Origin: an uncultured Thermoplasmata archaeon
Lineage (GTDB): Archaea; Thermoplasmatota; Thermoplasmata; Halarchaeoplasmatales; Halarchaeoplasmataceae
DNA length: 55,350 nt
Assembly (NCBI GenBank): GCA_964399335.1
Contig: CAYNQI010000003.1
Location: forward strand, 1-55,350
Direction of reading: 5' to 3'
In this document: piece after piece, positions 9,065 to 18,149 of the stretch
How the letters are laid out: each line of letters starts with the position of its first letter
Numbering within the stretch: position 1 is the first letter of the stretch
The notes under the pieces: generated by a model
The model's database searches: none
What the model was told of the DNA's origin: nothing
What the model saw: only the letters and a program-made list of their open reading frames with translations
Program-made: the position numbers and the translations under genes

Positions 9065-9514
9065 ATGGGTTTGAGTGTCTCAGCTTCTGCGGGTATAGTT
9101 CTGATAGGAATCGTTTTAATTTTTGGAACACTATATCCAGCTGTAGATGAGTCTCAACGCTTAAAAAATGAAGCTAGAGACGAATGGAATGAATGGGAGA
9201 ATGACAAGAAAAGATCGGACCTGAGGATTGAATCCATACAAATTTCTAATCAGGAGGATACCATAGATATTACTGCCGATAACATAGGGCACACCGTTTT
9301 GGATGTGACCGAGTTAGAGATCATAATAGATGGGATATATCGGACGCAAAATATATCAAAATATGTCATTGACGGAGAAATAGAGAATACTACAATTCTG
9401 AATCCGAAACAAAATATCACTATAACAATAGAAAATATCGGAGTAGAATTTGATCGGATAGTTATCGTCAATGAATTCGGTGAAGCATTTTTTTATGAAA
9501 GAGGAGGTGAATAG
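9065..9514 (+). CDS. arlF: Archaellum stator protein ArlF
   Basis: MGLSVSAS N-terminus plus TM; NIGHTVL...IIIDG beta domain; synteny. Confidence 0.8.
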   Translation: MGLSVSASAGIVLIGIVLIFGTLYPAVDESQRLKNEARDEWNEWENDKKRSDLRIESIQISNQEDTIDITADNIGHTVLDVTELEIIIDGIYRTQNISKYVIDGEIENTTILNPKQNITITIENIGVEFDRIVIVNEFGEAFFYERGGE

Positions 9515-9516
9515 GT

Positions 9517-10002
9517 ATTGCTGGAAGAAGTGCTACTGAGATGATATGGTTTGTGGTATCTGTCATAATAACTATATCCCTGATCGGCGTATTCATAGGA
9601 ATCGCTTATCAATATTCGGACACCATCCAAAGGAATGCCCGAGGAGAAGCTGCAAATTATTATGTGAATGCAGATATAATCAATGACCCTGTTCATATGC
9701 TTTATGATGAAAATAATGACAATTTAACCATATATGTAAAGAATACAGGGAGATATGAAATATATAAAAGACACACCTTGGTAGGTTTAAATGGAGAAAC
9801 GTATTCAGTGAACGAATCGGACATCAATATCATGGGCGATGAATCCTCATGGAGACGGGGTGCGGTAGCAAGGATCAATATCTCAGCAGAGTCTTTAAAT
9901 TTTCAAGGTGATAATTATGTATGGGTCGAGGTTCAGGGTATATACCAAGGGTCAATAATGGGTAGAGACAGAGATTCTCTTGATTTTTATTTTGATTCAT
10001 GA
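9517..10002 (+). CDS. arlG: Archaellum stator protein ArlG (probable ATT start; first ATG at 9541)
   Basis: IINDP and YVKNTG motifs with an N-terminal TM. SD GGAGGTGA (9503-9510) lies 6 nt before the in-frame ATT 9517. Confidence 0.8.
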   Translation: MAGRSATEMIWFVVSVIITISLIGVFIGIAYQYSDTIQRNARGEAANYYVNADIINDPVHMLYDENNDNLTIYVKNTGRYEIYKRHTLVGLNGETYSVNESDINIMGDESSWRRGAVARINISAESLNFQGDNYVWVEVQGIYQGSIMGRDRDSLDFYFDS

Positions 10003-10012
10003 GGTGAATATT

Positions 10013-10723
10013 ATGGTTGCAAACACAGATCTCAGTTATTATGACTTTAGGCTTGATAGGGATACATTAAGCAACTCATTAGGGGGAGGTATACCAGAGG
10101 GTGCTATCATATTGATAACTGGGAACTTTGGGACAGGCAAGAGTGTATTATGTCAGAGATTTAGTTTTGGCTTTGTTGAAAATGGTTCAAGTGTTAGCTA
10201 TGTTTCATCTGAGACCAATACAAAACCTTTCATGGATCAGATGGAATCACTTGATTACCCTATCAAAGATTATATTTACGATGAACAGTTAAAATTGATC
10301 CCAGTCTATCCATTAATAGGACAGACCTGTTCTAGAGAGGAAAAACTTTCAAAGTTGATTGAATCTGATAAGTTATTCGAAAGGGATATAACGATAATTG
10401 ACACACTCTCATCACTGATAAAAGATACTAAAGATAAGAATTTATCCTTGAAGGCTTTGGAACATTTTAAAAGGGTATCCAGTAGAGGTAAAAGTGTATT
10501 TTTGACTTTGGATCCTGATGAAATAAATAAAGATATGATAACTCCTTATAAATCAACAGCTGATGTTCATCTTGACCTTAAAAGAAAAACAATCGGAAAT
10601 GAAGTGCAGAGGACGATAAATATTAGAAGATTTACAACATCTCCTGGGCGTATGCAAGAGATCATAAAATTTAGAATTGAACCTAATGCTGGCTTTATAG
10701 TGGATATAACTCAGGTAGCTTGA
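10013..10723 (+). CDS. arlH: Archaellum KaiC/RecA-like ATPase ArlH
   Basis: Walker A GNFGTGKS, IIDTLS, FRIEPNAG..VDI. SD GAGGTGA precedes ATG 10013. Confidence 0.9.
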   Translation: MVANTDLSYYDFRLDRDTLSNSLGGGIPEGAIILITGNFGTGKSVLCQRFSFGFVENGSSVSYVSSETNTKPFMDQMESLDYPIKDYIYDEQLKLIPVYPLIGQTCSREEKLSKLIESDKLFERDITIIDTLSSLIKDTKDKNLSLKALEHFKRVSSRGKSVFLTLDPDEINKDMITPYKSTADVHLDLKRKTIGNEVQRTINIRRFTTSPGRMQEIIKFRIEPNAGFIVDITQVA

Positions 10724-10739
10724 AAATAATGTGATAGTA

Positions 10740-12389
10740 ATGCCTTCAAAATTACAGGAAACTCTGGAAAATAATCCGCACTTACGGGATTATTTCAAAG
10801 GATTGGAAAACCAGGGCAAGGCAATCCCAGAGTTTAAAGAGTATCTATCCCGGGATTTGACAACATTTAGTACAAATAATGTTATCTATCCAATTAATGA
10901 CCCTGTTTTTATTCATTTACATATCCCAGAGGAAAAAAAAGGTAGATATTATGTTATAGAACCTCCTATGGGACCTGGATTGGATCAAAAAATTAATGAT
11001 ATCCAAAATAAGATATTATTGAAAGCCTCTCGTTCACCTACCCCAGATGAAGAAAAGGATTTTGAAGATAAAATATTTAGTTTAATAGATGAGGTTACAG
11101 AAACTGGAAAGAAATCTCCATTTCTATTTGATTTAGGTGATGGTAAAATCCATGTAAAGGAATATGAAATGTCTTCTATTCGTTATTATATCAAAAAACG
11201 GATCATGGGGTATGGTCTGCTTGAGCCCTTATTATACGACCCTTATATTGAGGATATTCATTGTGTTGCACTAAACAATATATCTGTTTTACATGAAATA
11301 TTTGGTCTTCTAGAAACCAATTTATCTTTTAATAGTGGAAGGAAATTGGAAAAGTATGTAAGAAGCATGAGTAATCGAATGGGGAAAAACGTTACCGAAA
11401 GCGCACCTATAACGGATGGTGCCCTGCCAATGGGTTCTAGAGTCAACATCGTTTATAGTAAGGACGTAAGTAAAGAGGGTCCTAGTTTTACCATTAGGAA
11501 TTTTAGTGAGGAACCCATTACAATCCCTCAAATCATTAAATGGAATACAATATCTCCAAAATTAGCTGCTTATCTCTGGCTATGTTTAGAATATGATATG
11601 AGCATAATTGTTTCAGGGGTAACAGCTTCAGGTAAAACCACGACGATGAATTCTCTCCTGCCTTTCATCGGTTATGATAAAAAGATTTATACTGCAGAGG
11701 ATACACCAGAAGTTAATGTCCCTCAACCTACATGGCAAAGGTTGATTACTAGAGAGACAGGGCCTAAAGATTCCAGGATCGAGCTATTTGATCTTGTTAA
11801 AACAGCTTTACGTTCTAGACCAGATTATATAATTATTGGTGAGGTAAGAGGTCGAGAAGGTTCTGCGGCCTTCCAGGCCATACAAACTGGCCATCCTGTA
11901 ATGTCCACTTTCCATGCATCTTCTATAGGTAAATTAATCCAAAGATTCACTGGGGATCCAATCAATGTACCCATCCGCTTTATGGATAATCTAAACGTGT
12001 GTTTATTTCAACAGATAATATATCACAACGGTCAGATAGAGCGTAGATGTATTTCTTTAGTTGAGATTCTGGGTTACTCTAGGGAAAGGGAAGGGGTCCA
12101 GACTAGACAGATATTTACATGGGACCCTGTTAAAGATGAACATGATTTTATAGGGATGAATAACAGCCATGTTTTGGAAGATTTGATCGCCTCTAAGATG
12201 AGGTATAAAGATAGAAAAAAAATATACGATGAATTGGACAAAAGGACTGAAATAATTAAAAAAATCGTCGACGCAGGTATCACGAAACATGAAAATGTAG
12301 CCGAACTTTTCCAGAGTTACAGTTATGGTGGGTTAGAACATATGAAGGATAAATTAAGGAGTTTTAAGGAGGAAGGGGGTCTTAATTGA
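10740..12389 (+). CDS. arlI: Archaellum motor ATPase ArlI
   Basis: Walker A GVTASGKTT, AEDTPE, LRSRPDYIIIGEVRG, TGHPVMSTFHA. Confidence 0.93.
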   Translation: MPSKLQETLENNPHLRDYFKGLENQGKAIPEFKEYLSRDLTTFSTNNVIYPINDPVFIHLHIPEEKKGRYYVIEPPMGPGLDQKINDIQNKILLKASRSPTPDEEKDFEDKIFSLIDEVTETGKKSPFLFDLGDGKIHVKEYEMSSIRYYIKKRIMGYGLLEPLLYDPYIEDIHCVALNNISVLHEIFGLLETNLSFNSGRKLEKYVRSMSNRMGKNVTESAPITDGALPMGSRVNIVYSKDVSKEGPSFTIRNFSEEPITIPQIIKWNTISPKLAAYLWLCLEYDMSIIVSGVTASGKTTTMNSLLPFIGYDKKIYTAEDTPEVNVPQPTWQRLITRETGPKDSRIELFDLVKTALRSRPDYIIIGEVRGREGSAAFQAIQTGHPVMSTFHASSIGKLIQRFTGDPINVPIRFMDNLNVCLFQQIIYHNGQIERRCISLVEILGYSREREGVQTRQIFTWDPVKDEHDFIGMNNSHVLEDLIASKMRYKDRKKIYDELDKRTEIIKKIVDAGITKHENVAELFQSYSYGGLEHMKDKLRSFKEEGGLN

Positions 12390-14050
12390 TGAGTTTTGTT
12401 ACGTCTTACCAGAACCTTGATATTTCTGTTCCAAAGTATATTCTTCGGGTCATTGCCCCTTCTGTGTTTATAGGTCTATTATTATCATTTGTTCTTGCCT
12501 TTATGCTACCTTACATATTTCTAGAAACTTTCTTTGTTTTCATTCTTTATTTAATCCCCCTTTTTACAACCACAATTGCCATTTTTTATCCGCCTGTTAA
12601 GGAAGAGATAAGGAGTGTAAAGATCGATAAAGACCTTCATCTTTTCATCACCCGGCTCGGAGCTCTTTCAGCTTCTGAAATGTCTGATAGAGGTTTTAGA
12701 GACATCTTTGCTGAAATGGAAATGTATGGAGAACTTGGCAAAGAGATCGAGAGACTTGAAAAGCTAGTTAACAATTGGAATATGTCTTTATCAGAAGCAG
12801 CTCGAGTAATCTCTAAGAATACACCTAGTGAATTACTTTCTGATTTTTTAGAAAGGTTAGCTTATGCTTTAGAAACTCAAACCAGTCCTAAAGAGTTTTT
12901 TAAGGATGAACAGGAAACGGTTATGGACGACTATTCAAACGAATTTGAAGAGATGCTCTTTCGTTTAGATGTTCTAAGAGAATTATATGTTGCAAGTGTT
13001 ACTATCTGTATATTTGGTATGGTTTTAGCAGTGATAACACCATTGGTTATGGATATAGAAGGTAATGTATTTATTCCCTTATCATTCCTTTTATTTGTAG
13101 TAGTTTCATTCATATCAGCTTGGGCTTTTTTTAAGGTAATACCTAGAACTAGGATATGGTATAAAGGGGATATAAAATCTGACGTTTATCGGAAGTTAGA
13201 TAACCTTTTTGTTGGAGGTTTGCTTTTATCAGGTGCGATAGCGATTTTCTTCTTGTTTTTTGATGGCTTACCCTTGCTTTTAAAAATTGCTATAATCTCA
13301 ACACCACTAATAGTACCAGGCTTTTTTGCTAGTATAGAAGAAAATTGGATCAAGAGACGGGATTCTAATTTCCCTTCTTTTATTCGCTCTCTCGCAGGGA
13401 ATACACCGGCTCAAACATCAGACCATAAAGAAAGTGTTGGTAAACTTCGTTATCATGACCTGGGGAAGTTGACTGATAATATTAGAGACCTTTACAGAAG
13501 ACTAAGGATGAATATCGATTCTGAAAAATCCTGGCGCCACTTTGGATCTGAAACGGGGAGTTTTCTAATCAATGAATTTAGCAATATTTTCTTAAAGGCC
13601 TCACAGCATGGAGCTCATCCTGAACAGACTAGTCCGGTAATTAGTGAGAATTTTATTGAGGTCAAAGGTTTAAGGAATAAAAAGATTTTACGAGCAAAAT
13701 CATTACAGAGCGTATTCTACTTAGTGATTATAGTTTTAACGTTAACCATGGTTACTGTATTTATGATCGTTGAAGAGATAAACAGTATAATAGCTAGAGT
13801 CGATATGCCGGTTGACGTTTCTGGTGGATTAGGTGAGTTAGGATTTATCAGGGCGGCACCGATAGATTTGGCAACATACTCTAATTTTATTTTGATAATG
13901 ATTTTAACTCAAGCACTTATATCATGTGTAGTGTGCTGGCATGTAAAGGGCGAACATAAATATATTTCAGTAGCTAAGTTTTCGATCATGATGTGGTTAT
14001 CTGTTGTTTGTTTTTATATAGCAAGATTGGGGGTTATGATAATATTTTAA
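12389..14050 (+). CDS. arlJ: Archaellum membrane platform protein ArlJ
   Basis: Polytopic GspF/TadC-like protein with TPSELLSDFLERLAY and RRDSNFPSFIRSL. TGATG coupling to arlI. Confidence 0.88.
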   Translation: MSFVTSYQNLDISVPKYILRVIAPSVFIGLLLSFVLAFMLPYIFLETFFVFILYLIPLFTTTIAIFYPPVKEEIRSVKIDKDLHLFITRLGALSASEMSDRGFRDIFAEMEMYGELGKEIERLEKLVNNWNMSLSEAARVISKNTPSELLSDFLERLAYALETQTSPKEFFKDEQETVMDDYSNEFEEMLFRLDVLRELYVASVTICIFGMVLAVITPLVMDIEGNVFIPLSFLLFVVVSFISAWAFFKVIPRTRIWYKGDIKSDVYRKLDNLFVGGLLLSGAIAIFFLFFDGLPLLLKIAIISTPLIVPGFFASIEENWIKRRDSNFPSFIRSLAGNTPAQTSDHKESVGKLRYHDLGKLTDNIRDLYRRLRMNIDSEKSWRHFGSETGSFLINEFSNIFLKASQHGAHPEQTSPVISENFIEVKGLRNKKILRAKSLQSVFYLVIIVLTLTMVTVFMIVEEINSIIARVDMPVDVSGGLGELGFIRAAPIDLATYSNFILIMILTQALISCVVCWHVKGEHKYISVAKFSIMMWLSVVCFYIARLGVMIIF

Positions 14051-17000
14051 AAATCAGTGAAAGATCAAAAATTAAAAGGGTAGTTAAAAATAAATCATAT
14101 GAAGATAAAAATATTTTAAAACTTTTGAGTTTTTTTGTACTATCAATCATAATCTTATCCATTGGTTTGCCTTTTGTAAACCAGCAAATAGATCAAGAGC
14201 CAACTTCTACGAATAAATTACAATCCACTGAATATGAAACCTTAGAACAAACTAATTCAGGCCTAGATGTGCTTATAGACCCCCCTTCACGAAAGGAAGG
14301 GAGTGGTGGAGATATATTAAGTTATGATTTTGAAGTGATAAATAATGGAAGTCAGCCTGATTCATATGATTGGTATGCAGATTCTGGTCATGAGTGGTTG
14401 ATATCTGAAGATAACGGACAGATCGTTGATTTAGAAGCTGGTTCTTCTATCTTTATCGAGCTTGTTATAGAGATACCTGATGACGTTGAATCCTATGCTG
14501 CTGATAGATTAGTACTTGAAGTTATATCGCAAACAGATCCAGAAGTATCTGCTAAAGGTGAAACCTACACATATTCAGATGCACGCTATGGAAGTAGAAT
14601 CGAACCCATCCATGAAAGGATCGAAGCATCTCCCGGGTCAACTTTTGTGGTCCCATATAGATTGACCAATATAGGGAATATCGTTGATTCCTATGAACTC
14701 ATGCCTTATGTGGATAGTGAATATTGGGAGGTATCTACTGAAGATAGGACTGAATTATTGGAACCTTCTGAATCAACAGTTATAGGAGTTACTGTTTCTA
14801 TACCAGAGATGGATATGGATTATGAGTTAGATAAAAAAGAGATATATTATGGTGCTAGAAATGATATTGTATTGAATGCTAGGGCTAGTAACGGTGTGAT
14901 CAACACGGTTACTCCGGGACCTACTTCAGTAGAAGTATTACCTCATTATGTAGCTGCCTTGAGACCTTTGGATCTAGAGAGATCTATCGATTATTCTGAA
15001 ACCACGAAGGATATTACGTTCGATTTTGAGTTGAGGAATTTATGTAACGTAAAAGATGAGGAAGATTTTGAATTGGATATAATCGTTGAAGAAAAGGATA
15101 GGGAGTTTTTAACTGAAGTTAGGACGGATCAAGATTTGGAAAAAGAGAGATGGTCGACATCTGTGACCGACCCTGAAGTAACACTTGAGGGCGGTGAAAC
15201 TGAAATAATCATGGTAAGGATAACATCACCAAGAAAACCATTAGTTGGAACTTTTTCACCTACATTTATAGCCGAACCATCGCCGCGATCCGACGTACCA
15301 GAAGAGTACATTCATCCAGGAACAGGATCTGTTTCTGTTTCAGTTAATCAAACAGGTGATGTGGAAGTTTTCTCAGAACAACAAGAGATTACAGCTCAAC
15401 CTTTAGAAACAGTTCCACTCTATTTTACTATTTCAAACATCGGTAATGGCATTGACGATTTTGAACTAAATGCCTACACTGAAAATGGATGGGAAGTAGA
15501 CTTTCCTGAAGATGATATCATTTATGATATTCATCCCTATGAAAGGGAAACTTTTTCTGTTGAGGTAACCATTCCTAAAAGAATCGGGGTTGATCATCTC
15601 GAGAAAGTTACAGTAGTGGCAGTTTCTAGATATGAGAATGAAAACCATGGTGCTGTAATATCCGATTTATCTGAATCAAATATTAGGATCATCGAGTATT
15701 ATTCTTTGGAAATGGAACCCGAATCAAACAGTACTACCGTTTACCCAGACGAAACTGCATCATATCAAATAAGTATTACCAATCTAGGAAATACTGAAGA
15801 CACAATCACATTATCATTAGATCATACCTCAATCGACTCATGGAATGTTCAATTAAAAGATACAAGGGTAACATTGGATAGATGGAGTACTACCTCTACT
15901 GAACTATATGTGACCCCTTCTGATGATTCAATACATGATGAATTATTTGATGTTTCAGTGATTGGGACTAGCCAGGGAAACAGTATAAAAGTAGATAGTG
16001 TTTATACGACAACTGAAGTCGAACATGTACCTGAAGTTGAGATCGAGCTGCTTGATTACAAATCTGATATAAAGCCTGGGGAAACCAATGATGTTAATTT
16101 AAGGATTATTAACAATGGGAATGCATACGATAGTTTTCAAATAAGTGCTGCTTCAGAGAATAACAATTGGGGAGTTCAGATAAGTGAGAACAACTTTGAA
16201 CTTCAACCAGACGAGACAACCGAGATCATGGCGACCGTGACTGCACCAGATAAGCCAAGTCGTCCTACAATTGACAGATTAGAATCACTAGGGATTTTAG
16301 CTGACAATAAAGTAAATGTGGAAATCAACGCTGCTATCCAGGCTGATAGAACTGCAGAAGACAGTATCGACGCTATCTTTACTGTAGGCCAAGTTAGAGA
16401 ACATCAAATTTTATCAGGGGATAAAAAAGAAATTTTACCCGATGGATCTGTAACCCATACTATCGAAGTTTATAATTGGGGAAATTCGCAAGATGAGGTT
16501 ATTTTAGATCTAGGTTCTGTGGATAATGATCCTTATCTTGACTATGCGACACTAGAGAGAGAAAGGGTTTCTCTAAATATAGCTGAAAGCAGTGAATTGA
16601 ATCTTACATTGAATGCTCCTAGTCATCTGAAACCTCACCTATATCAGGAATTAGATATTATTGTAGGTAATAGTGATTTTTCAGCAAGTACTAAGACAGT
16701 GACAGAAGTCGTTATGATAAGTAATGAAAACCCATCTAGAACAATAAAGATCGGGAAAACTGCTGAATATGATATAACAATCGTAAATGTACCTGTAGAA
16801 AGAGAAAATAGAGGGCCTGGGGATAGTTTACCCGACAACTTCTATTTAACTGCACCCGTTGATGAATTTGAAGATGACGGTTGGAATGTTAGTATTGAAG
16901 TTGATGGCTCTGAAATCGACATAGAAGAAGATTACTTAGATTTTGAAAGAGCCTACGAAAGGAAGGATATTAGGATTAAATTGAATGCTCCATTGATTGA

Positions 17001-18147
17001 AAGGCAAGAGGTTAGTGTATTCGAGATTATCATAAACTCTGAGATGGGTAGATTCACTGAAGATATTATAACTAGAACAGAAACTTCCTGGTTTGACTTG
17101 AGACCTATCGATATATCCGTAGATCCTTTTGAGAACGCAAGGCAATTAGATATAGAATTTGAGATCGAACGTTCTGGTAAAGAGGATATATTTTCGACGA
17201 ATCAAAAGTTAAATGATATACCTATCAAAGTGATAGTGAATGATGAGATTGTAAATAATGATAATATAGAGTTAATGGGTATCGACAGAAAGGGATCCAC
17301 AAGAGAGATATATACTTATGGATTTACATGTGAAGTAGACGAGTGGGCCTGGGAGGAAACTGCAAAAAATTATGAAATTCAAGTTATAGTCGATCCTGAT
17401 GATGAGATTCATATGATAAATGCTCAAGGAACCGCAGATGAAAATAATGAATTAACTAGAGAAAATACTTTTTCTAGATACCATGGAATACCTATATGGT
17501 TACCTTTATTAGTTTTATTGATTGGAATGCTTTTCTTTGCTTTTTCATGGTTTAAAACTGATGAGTATACTTTTTTAAGTTTGTTGACTGGAGCATCTTT
17601 AGGAGCTGTTATTGGGTCGATAGTAATTATCACATGGAATTGGTTTATTAGATCTTTCCCATTGATCAACTTTGTAACTTTGGGTATAAAAATTACAGCG
17701 ATGGCCTTATTTGTAGTATTTCTCTTTTTAGTGAATGTAAAGATCAGACCTCTTCTTAGTCATGTCACTAACCACGTAGTCAAAAATAGTGATAACAGAA
17801 AAAAAATCACGGATGATGAGAGATTTAGATCCCCTTCTTTCCACTCCTATTACCTTACGTTATCATTGACCGGTGCCATTACATTTTTGACATTTTTGTT
17901 GATTACTAATCTAGATTTTATATTGATTGGCGAATACTTTGGATTGATGACCATCGGATTCTTTGATGTTAAATCCTTTATTTACATCCCAATTATCATT
18001 TTTGTAGCCGTATACGCTTTAGTAGGTTTCGTTGCCGGAATTTATGCCAAAAGGCTACAAGAAAAATTATGGTATAGTATTACAAGGAACAGGAAAAAGG
18101 TAGAGGAGCTTAAAATAAGATCTTTGAAATTTACAGAGGGGGAATAA
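13993..18147 (+). CDS. Giant membrane-anchored surface protein with tandem NEW3/CARDB-like Ig repeats and a 4-TM C-terminus (start uncertain)
   Basis: Repeated [VI].N.GN..D.[YF] motifs about every 100-115 aa; CARDB-like VIVDPDDEI...ENN; N-terminal hydrophobic segment; four C-terminal TM segments. Confidence 0.75.
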   Translation: MVICCLFLYSKIGGYDNILKISERSKIKRVVKNKSYEDKNILKLLSFFVLSIIILSIGLPFVNQQIDQEPTSTNKLQSTEYETLEQTNSGLDVLIDPPSRKEGSGGDILSYDFEVINNGSQPDSYDWYADSGHEWLISEDNGQIVDLEAGSSIFIELVIEIPDDVESYAADRLVLEVISQTDPEVSAKGETYTYSDARYGSRIEPIHERIEASPGSTFVVPYRLTNIGNIVDSYELMPYVDSEYWEVSTEDRTELLEPSESTVIGVTVSIPEMDMDYELDKKEIYYGARNDIVLNARASNGVINTVTPGPTSVEVLPHYVAALRPLDLERSIDYSETTKDITFDFELRNLCNVKDEEDFELDIIVEEKDREFLTEVRTDQDLEKERWSTSVTDPEVTLEGGETEIIMVRITSPRKPLVGTFSPTFIAEPSPRSDVPEEYIHPGTGSVSVSVNQTGDVEVFSEQQEITAQPLETVPLYFTISNIGNGIDDFELNAYTENGWEVDFPEDDIIYDIHPYERETFSVEVTIPKRIGVDHLEKVTVVAVSRYENENHGAVISDLSESNIRIIEYYSLEMEPESNSTTVYPDETASYQISITNLGNTEDTITLSLDHTSIDSWNVQLKDTRVTLDRWSTTSTELYVTPSDDSIHDELFDVSVIGTSQGNSIKVDSVYTTTEVEHVPEVEIELLDYKSDIKPGETNDVNLRIINNGNAYDSFQISAASENNNWGVQISENNFELQPDETTEIMATVTAPDKPSRPTIDRLESLGILADNKVNVEINAAIQADRTAEDSIDAIFTVGQVREHQILSGDKKEILPDGSVTHTIEVYNWGNSQDEVILDLGSVDNDPYLDYATLERERVSLNIAESSELNLTLNAPSHLKPHLYQELDIIVGNSDFSASTKTVTEVVMISNENPSRTIKIGKTAEYDITIVNVPVERENRGPGDSLPDNFYLTAPVDEFEDDGWNVSIEVDGSEIDIEEDYLDFERAYERKDIRIKLNAPLIERQEVSVFEIIINSEMGRFTEDIITRTETSWFDLRPIDISVDPFENARQLDIEFEIERSGKEDIFSTNQKLNDIPIKVIVNDEIVNNDNIELMGIDRKGSTREIYTYGFTCEVDEWAWEETAKNYEIQVIVDPDDEIHMINAQGTADENNELTRENTFSRYHGIPIWLPLLVLLIGMLFFAFSWFKTDEYTFLSLLTGASLGAVIGSIVIITWNWFIRSFPLINFVTLGIKITAMALFVVFLFLVNVKIRPLLSHVTNHVVKNSDNRKKITDDERFRSPSFHSYYLTLSLTGAITFLTFLLITNLDFILIGEYFGLMTIGFFDVKSFIYIPIIIFVAVYALVGFVAGIYAKRLQEKLWYSITRNRKKVEELKIRSLKFTEGE

Positions 18148-18149
18148 AA

